64,000 nt of DNA from an uncultured Planctomycetia bacterium (GCA_964406665.1 CAYOSQ010000001.1:199412-263411); one strand, 5' to 3'. Positions 1-9,771 are shown, numbered from the stretch's first letter. Notes: generated by a model not told the origin, from the sequence alone. A program made the numbers and translations.

Positions 1-453
1 GCAGAAGAAAGAGGTCAAGCTCAAGCCATAGCCGTAAACTTAAAAGAAATGATAGATATTAAAGTTCCAATCATTGTTGTGGTTATTGGTGAAGGAGGAA
101 GTGGTGGAGCTTTAGGGGTTGGCGTAGGAGATAGGGTTTGTCTTATGGAGAATGCTTATTATTCAGTGATTTCTCCTGAAGGCTGCGCATCAATCCTTTG
201 GAGAGATAGCACTAGAGCCCCGGATGCAGCAGAGGCATTGAAACTTACCGCGCGTGATCTTCTAGAATTAGGGATTATCGATGAAATAGTCCAAGAGCCT
301 TTAGGCGGCGCACATAAAGATACACAAAAGGCAGCTTCATTTTTGAAAGATATGATAGTGAAAAATTTAGAACAGGTAATTGATATACCTAAAGATGAAT
401 TACTTAAGCTTCGCTATAAGAAATTCCGCAAAATGGGAACTGTTGAGGATTAA
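1..453 (+). CDS. accA: acetyl-CoA carboxylase carboxyltransferase alpha subunit, 3' portion (5' end outside window)
   Basis: Reading frame is open from nt 1. Translation contains the AccA C-terminal region (…VIGEGGSGGALG…, …ISPEGCASILWRD…) and ends at the TAA at 451-453. Confidence 0.85.
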   Translation, partial: AEERGQAQAIAVNLKEMIDIKVPIIVVVIGEGGSGGALGVGVGDRVCLMENAYYSVISPEGCASILWRDSTRAPDAAEALKLTARDLLELGIIDEIVQEPLGGAHKDTQKAASFLKDMIVKNLEQVIDIPKDELLKLRYKKFRKMGTVED

Positions 454-1008
454 ATGGTAGCTATTCAAGAGTTTGTAATATTGGGCTTACTAAAAGATGG
501 ACCTAAGCACGGGTATGAAATCAAGAAGCAGATTAAAGATATCATGGAGCAGTTTGCCGTTTGGGAAGCGCAGTCAATATATTATCCTTTACAGATGATG
601 GAGAAAAAAGGATTAGTGACTAAAAGCTCAGCCCGTTCAGGTAAAAGGCCTGAAAAAATTATCTATAAAATTACAGAATTAGGAGAAACCAGATTTAACG
701 AGATCCTAAGCGAAAGCTTTACAACTATCCAAAGGCCAACGTTCAATATCGATATTTCACTATATTTTCTTCCCTTTATTGATCCAAAATTAGCTAAAAA
801 AGGGCTTAATTTGCGTCTGCGCATACTAAAAAGGATAGAAAGAGGTTTGGAGAAGCTCGACAACACATCAAAAGATAAGTTCCCATATCATCATTTAGCA
901 ATTATTGACCATAATATCGAACTCATAAGGGCAGAGATTAAATTTATCTCTGATTTTATAGACACTTTCGAGAGAAAAACCAGCAAATCTTCACGTAAGT
1001 CCAAATAA
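454..1008 (+). CDS. PadR family transcriptional regulator
   Basis: N-terminal winged-helix typical of PadR (ILGLLKDGPKHGYEIKKQI…YPLQMMEKKGLV). The ATG overlaps the accA stop (TAAATG). Confidence 0.75.
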   Translation: MVAIQEFVILGLLKDGPKHGYEIKKQIKDIMEQFAVWEAQSIYYPLQMMEKKGLVTKSSARSGKRPEKIIYKITELGETRFNEILSESFTTIQRPTFNIDISLYFLPFIDPKLAKKGLNLRLRILKRIERGLEKLDNTSKDKFPYHHLAIIDHNIELIRAEIKFISDFIDTFERKTSKSSRKSK

Positions 1009-1047
1009 ATCAATGGGTTTTTGTTCTGTAAAAAATTAATAATTTAC

Positions 1048-1076
1048 TTGACTTTTTGCGTTCTTTCTATATAATT
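1048..1076 (+). promoter_or_regulatory. sigma70-like promoter (TTGACT -17 nt- ATAATT/TATAAT) upstream of the acyl-CoA ligase gene
   Basis: TTGACT at 1048-1053, an AT-rich spacer, and a TATAAT-like hexamer at about 1069-1076. It lies ~50 nt upstream of the ATG at 1127 with the RBS GGAGG in between. Confidence 0.45.
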
Positions 1077-1126
1077 AAATTTTAATAATTAAATTTTACT
1101 ATAATTTTATACGGAGGCAAGGCTAA

Positions 1127-2641
1127 ATGGATATTAGAAGAGTAGTTCTGGAAAAAGCTAAGCAGTTTCCCGATAAGCCAGCTATTATTTTCAAAGATAC
1201 GACTATTACGTTTTCGCAGCTTAAAGATACTGTTTTTAAGCTGACAAATGCTTTTATAAAAGCAGGCATCAGTAAAGGAAGTAAGGTATCAATATTTTTG
1301 CCTAATTGCCCAGAATATATTTATAGTTATTTAGCTCTATTTTCTATTGGGGCAGTGGTTGTCCCTCTGGATTTTATGCTTACAGAAAGAGAAATAACCG
1401 GATTTATCAACCATAGCGACAGCGTTACATTAATTGCAAAAGGAAAAAAGGAAGTTGATCTTGCCGCTTTAAAAAAGTCTTGTTCTCAGCTTGAAAAGAT
1501 TATTCTTATGGGGGCAGAAGAAAGTTCTGCTAGCGGTGATTTTGTTTCTTGGGAAGATTTATTAACTCAGGATTCACAAGAGCCCAATATACAGGTAGAA
1601 GATGCTGATCATTCAGCGATCTTTTACACTTCTGGTTCTACAGGACATCCAAAAGGAGTGCTTCTTAGTTACGGACATCTTGATAATCCTGTGGAATGTA
1701 TTTATGATTTTTTAAAGGTATCCAGCGACGATAGTTATTTGTCCGCAGGGGTACCTTTTTCTCATTTAGGTGGTTTGGATTATATGATTTTTATGCTAGC
1801 TTTTGGTTCAACTTTAGTTTTAATGGATAGGTTTCATCCTTTGGAAGCACTTAAGAATTTAGTTAAATATAAAGTTACAGTGTTCTGCATAGTTCCTGCG
1901 ATGTATATCGCAATTCTATCAATGAAAGGCATTGAAAATTTTGATCTCTCAGCTTTACGCTATGCAGTTGTTTTTGGTGCGCCTTCATCTCCAGAACTGC
2001 TTAAGAGATTTTTGGCGATTTGTCCTAATGCTAATTTATTAAATGGTTGGGGCATGACAGAAACAGCCGCACCCAATACATATTCTCCTTTTGACACCAG
2101 TAAAATAAGTAGCATTGGTCCTTTTGGACACGGAATGGAAGCTAAGATTGTTGACGAGCAAGGCAATGCTGTAGCAGATAGCGAAAAAGGTGAGTTGTGG
2201 GTTAAAGGAAAAGGAATAATGGTAGGTTATTACAAGGAAGATGAGCTAACTCGAGAAATCATTACAGAAGATGGTTGGCTTAAGACCGGAGATATAGCCC
2301 GCAAGGATACAGATGGTTTGTTTTATATAGTAGGAAGAAAAAAAGAAATGATTAAGGTTGCCGGAGAAATTGTATTTGCTCCGGAGGTCGAGGCAATTTT
2401 GCAGCGCTTTGTAAAGATTCAGGAAGTTGTGGTTGTAGGTATAGCTGATAAATTAAGAGGAGAGGTTCCCAAGGCTTTTATCGTCAAAAAAGAAGGCGAA
2501 CAGCTAACTGAAAATGAAGTTAAATCGTATTCTAAAGAAAATATGGCACATTTTAAAATACCGCACCATATAGAATTTAAAGAAAGTTTACCTAAAACTG
2601 TTTCGGGTAAGATTAATAAACAGGCATTGATAAAAGGTTAA
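1127..2641 (+). CDS. AMP-dependent synthetase/ligase (acyl-CoA or acyl-ACP ligase; candidate starter-unit activating enzyme)
   Basis: AMP-binding signature YTSGSTGHPKGV. The C-terminal …GKINKQAL… lysine motif is typical of adenylate-forming enzymes. 504 aa. Confidence 0.85.
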   Translation: MDIRRVVLEKAKQFPDKPAIIFKDTTITFSQLKDTVFKLTNAFIKAGISKGSKVSIFLPNCPEYIYSYLALFSIGAVVVPLDFMLTEREITGFINHSDSVTLIAKGKKEVDLAALKKSCSQLEKIILMGAEESSASGDFVSWEDLLTQDSQEPNIQVEDADHSAIFYTSGSTGHPKGVLLSYGHLDNPVECIYDFLKVSSDDSYLSAGVPFSHLGGLDYMIFMLAFGSTLVLMDRFHPLEALKNLVKYKVTVFCIVPAMYIAILSMKGIENFDLSALRYAVVFGAPSSPELLKRFLAICPNANLLNGWGMTETAAPNTYSPFDTSKISSIGPFGHGMEAKIVDEQGNAVADSEKGELWVKGKGIMVGYYKEDELTREIITEDGWLKTGDIARKDTDGLFYIVGRKKEMIKVAGEIVFAPEVEAILQRFVKIQEVVVVGIADKLRGEVPKAFIVKKEGEQLTENEVKSYSKENMAHFKIPHHIEFKESLPKTVSGKINKQALIKG

Positions 2642-2658
2642 AACGCAAGGAGATATAT

Positions 2659-2934
2659 ATGTTTAGCCCGACGATGACATGGGAGAAGGAAGTTGAAGAT
2701 AAATTTAAGATAATGACTAATAAGCTACCTGTTTTTCACAGGCATATGGCTGTTGAAGCTGTTACAGCGAAAGCAGAGAAAAACGCAAAGAATAGAAATT
2801 CCCAGGCGGTACAGGAAGAAGATGTCGTAGGTGCATTTTTCTCCGATGTCCCCAGTCCTTTTTATAGTATGATGGTAAGTCTTCTTGAGCAATCAGGGTT
2901 TGATTATAAAAAATACGGATTCCCCAAAACATAA
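2659..2934 (+). CDS. small hypothetical protein (possibly PCP_red/PF08369-like domain; unverified)
   Basis: 91-aa ORF with an AAGGAG RBS 7 nt upstream. The region WEKEVEDKF…PVFHRHMAVEAVTAKAE resembles standalone protochlorophyllide-reductase C-terminal-like domains, from memory only. Confidence 0.45.
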   Translation: MFSPTMTWEKEVEDKFKIMTNKLPVFHRHMAVEAVTAKAEKNAKNRNSQAVQEEDVVGAFFSDVPSPFYSMMVSLLEQSGFDYKKYGFPKT

Positions 2935-2940
2935 GGAAAA

Positions 2941-3969
2941 TTGATGAAGATTGCAGTTATAGGTTCCGGTGCCATAGGAAGTTTAGTGGCTGGATTTTTA
3001 AAGAAAAAGGAGCATAATGTTGTTTTAATTGGCAGAAAAAAGGCTGTTAGCGCAGTTAAGAAAAGTGGCCTGAGGATTTCTGGACCCAGAGGCGACAACA
3101 CTTTTTCAATAGATGTTTTTAATAAACTTAAAGAGAAACCAGGCCTTGTTATTCTTGCTGTCAAGACTCAGGATATAAAAAAAGCACTTGAAGATAATAT
3201 TGATTTTATCAAAGACTCTCTGGTGTTAACCACGCAAAACGGAATTCAGGCGGATAATATCGTTGCAAAATATGTCCCGAAAGAAAACATTGTCTCAAGT
3301 ATTGTAATGTTTGGTTCGACTTGTTTGAAGCCAGGCATTATAGTGCATAATTTTGAGGGGAATTGGATTATCGGGAAGCGTTTTTCTAGCAATGATGAAA
3401 AGGTAGAAAATTTAAGAATGATTTTAAGTGATGCTTTTCCGGTTGTTGTAAGTGATGCTATTACCGGGATGAAATATCTTAAGATTTTTATTAATGCCAA
3501 TAATTGTATTCCCGGAATTTTGGGTCATAGCATGCAGCAGGTTTTCCGTGATAAAGAAATCAGTCAAATAGCCATAGCTATTTGGCGGGAAGGTCTTGAT
3601 GTTGTAAATAAGGCAAATATTGCTTTAGCTTCTTTGCCTAATTTTCCATTAGAGAGATTAAATAAGTTAACTTCTTTACCAATGGATACCGCAGCTGAAA
3701 TATTTTCTGATATTATGATTACCCTAAGTAAAGAGCCATTATATGGATCTATACTTCAGAGCATCAAGCGTGGAAAGATTTCCGAGATTGATTATATAAA
3801 CGGAGAGTTTGTTAATATAGCAAAACGAAATAAATTTCAAGCAGCTTTAAACGAAAAGTTAGTTAATATGGTGCATGATGTTGAGAAAAATAATACTTTT
3901 TTTAGTAAAGAAGAATTAGTCTCAGCTACAAAAGATTTGGCAGGTTTGCAAGGAGAAAAAGATGGTTGA
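2941..3969 (+). CDS. 2-dehydropantoate 2-reductase (ApbA/PanE, KPR) family NAD(P)H-dependent oxidoreductase
   Basis: N-terminal Rossmann motif MKIAVIGSGAIGSLVAGFL. The size and overall layout match the KPR family. Confidence 0.7.
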   Translation: MMKIAVIGSGAIGSLVAGFLKKKEHNVVLIGRKKAVSAVKKSGLRISGPRGDNTFSIDVFNKLKEKPGLVILAVKTQDIKKALEDNIDFIKDSLVLTTQNGIQADNIVAKYVPKENIVSSIVMFGSTCLKPGIIVHNFEGNWIIGKRFSSNDEKVENLRMILSDAFPVVVSDAITGMKYLKIFINANNCIPGILGHSMQQVFRDKEISQIAIAIWREGLDVVNKANIALASLPNFPLERLNKLTSLPMDTAAEIFSDIMITLSKEPLYGSILQSIKRGKISEIDYINGEFVNIAKRNKFQAALNEKLVNMVHDVEKNNTFFSKEELVSATKDLAGLQGEKDG

Positions 3970-4576
3970 TACGCCGTTTCCTAAGTTAAAGCTTACAGTA
4001 AATAAAGTTGAAGGACATTGTTATCATGGTTATAAAATTGGCGATGAAATAGTTTTAGATGATTTTACTCATCCTCCGCAACACTTTTGTTTGGGTTTAG
4101 CGCATGCAATGTTTCCTGTGATATATGCATTGAGTTTTGGAGCGAAGTTTCCTTTTATGGAAAATCAGAGATCACTTTTAGTTACTTGTCCTGATGGAGG
4201 GAAGTTGGAATTTAAGGCTGAAATATTTCAAAAAGATAAACCAGATGTTCAAGTCATGCCGAAAGATCCTAGTCATAAAGGGCCTGATCCAAAGAAGATG
4301 TGTCTTGAGGTAGTAAAGGCAAAGGGAAAATGTTTTTATAAATATAAGGTTGGGGATAAATTTGAAACAACAGGTTTAAAGTGTATGCCCGGTTTCTGCG
4401 GGGCAGCATTTCACACAGCATTCCCTGCACTTTTTGCGCTTAATTTTGGTGCAAAATTCTTTTTTATGGATGATCCGAATACGTTGGATACAATCACTTG
4501 TCCAGACGGCGGCAATATAGTTTTTAAGGCATATAGAGTAGAAGATAAAGAAGATAAAAACGATAAGGAGAAGTAA
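3962..4576 (+). CDS. tandem-duplicated Cys/His-rich small-domain protein (two ~80-aa repeats; resembles TIGR04076-type proteins, unverified)
   Basis: Clear internal duplication: repeat 1 is GHCYHGYKIGDE…CLGLAHAMFPVIYALSFGAKFPFM…VTCPDGGKLEFKA. Repeat 2 is KCFYKYKVGDKF…CMPGFCGAAFHTAFPALFALNFGAKFFFM…ITCPDGGNIVFKA. Confidence 0.6.
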   Translation: MVDTPFPKLKLTVNKVEGHCYHGYKIGDEIVLDDFTHPPQHFCLGLAHAMFPVIYALSFGAKFPFMENQRSLLVTCPDGGKLEFKAEIFQKDKPDVQVMPKDPSHKGPDPKKMCLEVVKAKGKCFYKYKVGDKFETTGLKCMPGFCGAAFHTAFPALFALNFGAKFFFMDDPNTLDTITCPDGGNIVFKAYRVEDKEDKNDKEK

Positions 4577-4579
4577 TAA

Positions 4580-5848
4580 ATGGCAAAGAGAAGAGTAGTT
4601 ATCACCGGCTTAGGAGTTGTTTCTCCTAACGGTATAGGAAAAGAAAGAGTTTGGCAAGGTATGTCGCAGGGCAAGTCAGCGGTAAAGTTAGTTGATGGTT
4701 TCGACGTATCTTTATTTAATACAAAGATAGCTGCTGAAGTACGTGATTTTGATCCGTTTAAACTTGGCCTAACACATGAAGAAGTAATGCGTATGGACCG
4801 ATATGTTCAGTTTGCTGTTACTTCTGCGGATATGGCTATTAAGGATGCAAACATAGATTTCTCTAAATTAGATACTACCCAATATGGTGTTTGTTTAGCA
4901 AATGCAATCTGTGGAACGAAGTATATGGAAGAAGAATTTTCTATGGTAACAGATAGTGGAAAGAATCCGATCGATCCTTCTAAGGTTCGTCCTGATTTGT
5001 ATGATGCCGCAATGTTTAATACACCATCTAGTGAAATCAGCGCACGTTATGGCTTAAAAGGTATTTGTAATACAATATCAACAGGATGTACCGCAGGAAC
5101 AGATTCTGTAGGTTTTGCTTTTGAAGAGATTCAAGATGGTAATCAGGATTTGATGATTACCGGCGCAGCCGAGGCCCCGATTACTCCGATTACTTTTGGT
5201 GCGTTTGATGTGGTAAATGTTTTATCAGTTCATAACGACGAGCCGGAAAAGGCATCTCGCCCATTCGACGCTAAAAGAAATGGTTTTGTTTTATCCGAAG
5301 GCGCGGGAATATTGATTTTAGAAGAGCTTAATCATGCGCTTAATAGAGGAGCTAGGATTTATGCCGAAGTCACCGGCTATGGTTCAACCTGCAATGCTTT
5401 TCATATGACAGACTTACCTTCAGATGGTGATGCTATGGTTAAAAGTATTAATTTAGCACTTGAAGATTCTAAAACTAAACCAGAGGAAATTGATCATATC
5501 AATGCCCATGGATCATCAACTAGACAGAATGATGTTTTCGAGACCAATGCCTATAAAAGGTCTTTAGGTGAATGGGCCTATAAAATCCCGATTAGTTCTT
5601 TAAAATCCATGATCGGCCATCCTTTAGCAGCGGCAAACGCTGTTGAGATGGTTGTGTCCTGTCTTATTTTTCAAAATAATTTTTTACCCCCAACAATAAA
5701 TCAAGAAACCCCGGATCCTGAATGCGATTTGGATTATATCCCTAATATAGGAAGAGAAAAAAAAGTAGACGTTATTCTAAAGACAAGCAGCGGTTTTTCC
5801 GGAATTCATTCATCTTTAGTGTTGAGGAGATTGGAGGGACAATCATGA
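4580..5848 (+). CDS. beta-ketoacyl synthase, KS-alpha type (type II PKS/FAS condensing enzyme)
   Basis: Active-site Cys in …ISTGCTAGTDSVGFA…. The two catalytic His lie in …NAHGSSTRQND… and …MIGHPLAAANAVE…. 422 aa. Confidence 0.9.
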   Translation: MAKRRVVITGLGVVSPNGIGKERVWQGMSQGKSAVKLVDGFDVSLFNTKIAAEVRDFDPFKLGLTHEEVMRMDRYVQFAVTSADMAIKDANIDFSKLDTTQYGVCLANAICGTKYMEEEFSMVTDSGKNPIDPSKVRPDLYDAAMFNTPSSEISARYGLKGICNTISTGCTAGTDSVGFAFEEIQDGNQDLMITGAAEAPITPITFGAFDVVNVLSVHNDEPEKASRPFDAKRNGFVLSEGAGILILEELNHALNRGARIYAEVTGYGSTCNAFHMTDLPSDGDAMVKSINLALEDSKTKPEEIDHINAHGSSTRQNDVFETNAYKRSLGEWAYKIPISSLKSMIGHPLAAANAVEMVVSCLIFQNNFLPPTINQETPDPECDLDYIPNIGREKKVDVILKTSSGFSGIHSSLVLRRLEGQS

Positions 5849-7089
5849 AAAATATTGCCATAACAGGTATGGGGGTACTTACTGCTGCTGGAATCGGCAA
5901 GGCTAATTTCTGGAGAAACATTCGTCACGGAAAATCTTTTATTACTCCCATAACACGTTTTGATTCTTCTCGCTATCCTTCTAGGATTGCCGGGCAGATA
6001 AAAGATTTAGATGCCTACAGCAATATTTCTCCCAGACTACTTAAGAAAATAGATGCGTTTTCGCATATGTCTTTGGTTGCTTGTGAGCTAGCGTTAAAAG
6101 ATGCGCACATAGATTTATCAAAAGAGAATCTTGATAGAGTGGGAATTTTTGCAGGAAATGCTATCGGAGGCTGGCTTTATGCTGAGACAGAGCTTAGAGA
6201 CCTATACATAGAAGGAAGAGAAGGAGTGAGTCCTTTTATGGCTTCAGCATGGTTTCCTGCAGCACCACAGGGGCAGATGTCTATTTATTATGGAATAAAA
6301 GGATTTTCTAAAACTTTTGTTGCCGATAGAGCAGGTTCTCTTATGGCAATTGCTTATGGAGCAAAGACACTAGAGAGAAGAGATATAGATATTATTTTAG
6401 CCGGAGGCATGGAAGCACCTGTTACTCCTTATGCGCTTCTTTGCTGCAGCACAAACGGTTCTTTATCACAGAAGAACGATATCCCGGAAACGGCCTATAA
6501 ACCGTTTGATAAAGATAGAGATGGTTTTGTGATTGGGGAAGGTTCAGGTATTCTTACTTTAGAAAATGAATCTCGGGCAAGAAATCGTAGTGCCAAAATT
6601 CACGGATTCATTCGTGGGTTTGGAACTACCTGTGACGGTGTAGATAGAATAGAACCTGCCGAAGATGGAGAAGATTTAGCTCGTGCAATTAGGCTGGCTT
6701 TGGAAGAAGCAGAGTTTGACTCTAACACGATTGATTATATTTGTGCTGACGGCGCAGCTACTGAAATAGGAGATATAAGCGAAACCAATGCTATTAAAAA
6801 AGTTTTTGGTGAGAAGGCTAAAAGTATTCCTGTGAGTGTGCCTAAGGCAATGTTTGGGAATCTGTTAGGGGCGTCTGGTTCTGTAGATTTAATTACAACG
6901 ATTCTGGCAATGGAACACGGATTGGTTCCGCCAACAATAAATTATAATAAAACCGATTCAAAATGTGATTTAGATTATGTTCCTAATGAAAATCAGGAAA
7001 AAGAAATTAAGCGCGCATTGATTATTTCGCGTGGAAGAGGCGGGATTAATGCAGTGTTAGCCGTAGAAAAGGAGGTAGAGGATAAATGA
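5845..7089 (+). CDS. ketosynthase-like partner subunit (KS-beta / chain-length-factor-like) lacking the active-site Cys
   Basis: Paralogous to the upstream KS (shared …EAPVTP…, …DGFV.GEG.G…). The position aligned with the catalytic Cys reads …FVADRAGSL…, with no Cys or Gln. It is translationally coupled to KS-alpha by an ATGA overlap. Confidence 0.8.
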   Translation: MKNIAITGMGVLTAAGIGKANFWRNIRHGKSFITPITRFDSSRYPSRIAGQIKDLDAYSNISPRLLKKIDAFSHMSLVACELALKDAHIDLSKENLDRVGIFAGNAIGGWLYAETELRDLYIEGREGVSPFMASAWFPAAPQGQMSIYYGIKGFSKTFVADRAGSLMAIAYGAKTLERRDIDIILAGGMEAPVTPYALLCCSTNGSLSQKNDIPETAYKPFDKDRDGFVIGEGSGILTLENESRARNRSAKIHGFIRGFGTTCDGVDRIEPAEDGEDLARAIRLALEEAEFDSNTIDYICADGAATEIGDISETNAIKKVFGEKAKSIPVSVPKAMFGNLLGASGSVDLITTILAMEHGLVPPTINYNKTDSKCDLDYVPNENQEKEIKRALIISRGRGGINAVLAVEKEVEDK

Positions 7090-7328
7090 GTAGCGAAATT
7101 GAACAGAAAGTAAAAGATATTTTCCAGAGCACTATCGGGATTAAGCCAGAAGAGATTCAGGCTGATTCAAAGTTATATGACTCACTAAGCGTAGATTCTA
7201 CAGAGATGGTAGAGATCACAGTGGCACTAGAGAAAACTTTTAATATTAAATTCGATAAAGATCAGATTAGTAAGTTTTCATCTTTTGGTGAAATTGTGGG
7301 AATAATTGATTCAAAACAAAGTGTATAA
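7086..7328 (+). CDS. acyl carrier protein
   Basis: 80 aa with the phosphopantetheine attachment motif …YDSLSVDSTEMVE… (DSL Ser). It overlaps the KS-beta stop. Confidence 0.85.
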   Translation: MSSEIEQKVKDIFQSTIGIKPEEIQADSKLYDSLSVDSTEMVEITVALEKTFNIKFDKDQISKFSSFGEIVGIIDSKQSV

Positions 7329-7331
7329 ATA

Positions 7332-8147
7332 ATGGGTTCAGAAAAAAAACAGATAATTGATTTAAGTCTTCCTATCGATGATACCTTGAAAGAAACCCAC
7401 GCGGCAAAAATTGATCGCATAAGCCACGAACAAGGTGTAGAGCATTTTAACTGGGTGCTTATGACTAAGCAGCCTAATGGTCAAGAGCGTTTTGATAAGG
7501 GAGAGAGAATCATTACTTCCGATGATGTTCCTGATGGACAGCTGCTTTCATTAGAGATTGTTCATTCTTCAGTGCATATGGGCACACATGTTGATGCGCC
7601 ATTTCATTATGGAAGCGATTGTGAAGGAAGGCCTTCTAAGTGCATAAATGATTTACCGCTTCAATGGTGTTATTCAGATGGAGTTGTATTGGATTTTACA
7701 AAAAAGAAACATCCTGAAACAATCAACAAGCAAGATGTCGTTAATGTTTTAAAGAAGATAAATTATAAATTAAAATCGTTGGATATCGTTTTGTTTTCAA
7801 CTGGTGCAGATAAAATGGTAGGAACCCCGGAATATATAAGTAAATATATCGGCGTTGAACCAGAAGCCGTTGAGTATTTATTAGATCAGGGTATCAAGAT
7901 GATGGGCGTTGATACCTTAGGGTTAGACAGGCCTTGCTTTGAAATGTTTAAAGAATTTTTAGAGACAAAAGATAAATCGCTTCTCTGGCCGTCGCATTTT
8001 CTAGGACGTAAGCGCGAATTTGCCCATATGGAACGCTTAGGCAACTTAGATAAAATACCTAAGCCGTTTGGGTTTAAGGTTTCCTGTTTTCCTGTTAAGG
8101 TAAGAAATGCTGGCGCGGGCTGGGCACGAGTGGTTGCAATAATATAA
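7332..8147 (+). CDS. cyclase family protein (PF04199; kynurenine-formamidase-like metal-dependent hydrolase/polyketide cyclase)
   Basis: Signature HMGTHVDAPFHY (HxGTHxDxPxH). Confidence 0.8.
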   Translation: MGSEKKQIIDLSLPIDDTLKETHAAKIDRISHEQGVEHFNWVLMTKQPNGQERFDKGERIITSDDVPDGQLLSLEIVHSSVHMGTHVDAPFHYGSDCEGRPSKCINDLPLQWCYSDGVVLDFTKKKHPETINKQDVVNVLKKINYKLKSLDIVLFSTGADKMVGTPEYISKYIGVEPEAVEYLLDQGIKMMGVDTLGLDRPCFEMFKEFLETKDKSLLWPSHFLGRKREFAHMERLGNLDKIPKPFGFKVSCFPVKVRNAGAGWARVVAII

Positions 8148-8166
8148 TAATTGATCGGAGGATAAA

Positions 8167-8607
8167 ATGGGACATACATGTAATTCTATAGCGATAAATG
8201 CACCCTATGATTTAGTTTTTGATATCTCTAACGATATCGAACGCTGGACAGAACTTTTTGGCGGAGAATATAAGGAAGCAAAGATTCTAAAGCGCGAAGA
8301 CAATAAACTTACATTTAAATTGACCGATGATGAAGATCGTTCCTGGCAGTCATATAGGATTTTAAATAAAGAACATAAATTTGCCTATGCGCAGAAACTA
8401 CCACCGGAGTTTCCTTTTAAATATATGAAGATAATTTGGCTGTATACGCCGTCTCCCGAGGGAATTATCATGACCTGGATTCAGCATTATACAATGGATG
8501 ATAAGGCAAAATTTACAGATGAACAGGTTGATGAGATGATTAATAAACACTCTAAAGAAAACCTTAATATCTTTAAAGATATTATTGAGAAAGAAGCAGT
8601 AAAATAA
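8167..8607 (+). CDS. SRPBCC superfamily protein (polyketide aromatase/cyclase-like, Polyketide_cyc2-type)
   Basis: 146 aa. N-terminus …SIAINAPYDLVFDISNDIERWTELFGG… is typical of SRPBCC cyclase/dehydrase proteins. RBS GGAGG upstream. Confidence 0.6.
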   Translation: MGHTCNSIAINAPYDLVFDISNDIERWTELFGGEYKEAKILKREDNKLTFKLTDDEDRSWQSYRILNKEHKFAYAQKLPPEFPFKYMKIIWLYTPSPEGIIMTWIQHYTMDDKAKFTDEQVDEMINKHSKENLNIFKDIIEKEAVK

Positions 8608-8618
8608 TAGAATAATTT

Positions 8619-9740
8619 ATGCATCAGAAAATAACATATTATATATTTTGTCTTATCGGCTTAATAATTGCTTTTAATGTGGGATCAATTTCTGCTATTG
8701 TGCCGTCTGTAGCTAGGGAATTAGGTCATCCAGAATTTGTTGCTGGTCGAATTATCTGGGCGTATATGTTGCCTTATGGGATATGTGCTTTATTTTATGG
8801 GCCACTTTCGAGAAAATTTAAGATTAAGAATATTCTTTTAGTATGTTTAAGTTTGTTTTCAGTTTTCAGTTTTCTCTCTGGCTTGGCCAACACTTTTAGC
8901 AGTCTGTTTACATTTCGTTTTATAGTTGGTATTTTTGCCTCAGCAATGACGCCGCTTGCGCTGCTTTATATATCTCATAAATTTAATTCAGAGAAAAGAG
9001 GTAAGGCTGTAGGGACATTTTTTAGTATAACATTTTTATCTTCTTTGACAGGTTTGTTTTTAAGCGGACTTATTAGTTGGAGATTTATATTTTTTATTCC
9101 TGCTGTAATAAGTGCTGCTACAGTTGTTTTAATATTCAAAGCTTTTCCTGAATTTACAATTGAAGTGGAAAGTTTAAAAAGCAGATACATTCAGGCATTA
9201 AAGACGCAGAAGATATTTCGCGTATTCCTGTATATATTTGCTATAAGCTTCTTTTATCATTTAGCTCGTGACTGGATGGGAGTTTATTTTGATAATAGAT
9301 ATGGCTTATCTCAGTTTGCAATTAGCTCTCTTTTGACTCTGGTAAGCTTTGCTGGGATATTCGGAGAATTTTTCGGAGGAATGTTCGCAGACAAAAAGGG
9401 AAGGATATTTGCGTTATCAGCAGGTGCCTTGTTGATGAGCATAGCATTGATTTTATTACCTGTAAGCGGTAAGATAATTTTTTTAGCAATTATTATGCTT
9501 ATTTGGGGGTTAGGTTGGACTATCAATCATTCCGGGCTTTCTACCTATCTTACTGATTTGCCTAAGCCATATTTACAGGAAGTGACGAGCTTAAACAGTT
9601 CAGTGCGCTTTATTTCCGGAGGTTTAGGTGCAGCATTAGGTGGATTATTAATGCAGAAAAGTTTTACTTTGACTTTCTCTGTGGTAGGTATAATTTTCTT
9701 GGCTTTATCTGTATTTTCTAGACAGATATTAAAGACATAA
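8619..9740 (+). CDS. MFS transporter (putative product exporter)
   Basis: 373 aa with ~12 predicted TM segments and an MFS-like loop motif (…GPLSRKFKIKN…). Confidence 0.7.
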   Translation: MHQKITYYIFCLIGLIIAFNVGSISAIVPSVARELGHPEFVAGRIIWAYMLPYGICALFYGPLSRKFKIKNILLVCLSLFSVFSFLSGLANTFSSLFTFRFIVGIFASAMTPLALLYISHKFNSEKRGKAVGTFFSITFLSSLTGLFLSGLISWRFIFFIPAVISAATVVLIFKAFPEFTIEVESLKSRYIQALKTQKIFRVFLYIFAISFFYHLARDWMGVYFDNRYGLSQFAISSLLTLVSFAGIFGEFFGGMFADKKGRIFALSAGALLMSIALILLPVSGKIIFLAIIMLIWGLGWTINHSGLSTYLTDLPKPYLQEVTSLNSSVRFISGGLGAALGGLLMQKSFTLTFSVVGIIFLALSVFSRQILKT

Positions 9741-9771
9741 ATTAGAACATAGATAAAAAATGGAGGTTGTA

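Noticed and set aside
663-866. Minus-strand 60-125-aa ORFs lying antisense inside well-supported genes. Examples: 663-866, 1960-2166, 2904-3164, 3246-3500, 4411-4674, 11215-11625, 12371-12940, 24607-24825, 25801-26178, 44837-45208, 48419-48793, 49473-49814, 50260-50775, 57062-57427.
   Set aside because: Each overlaps, on the opposite strand, a gene with clear family motifs. They have no RBS and low-complexity translations, which is typical of spurious antisense ORFs in AT-rich DNA.
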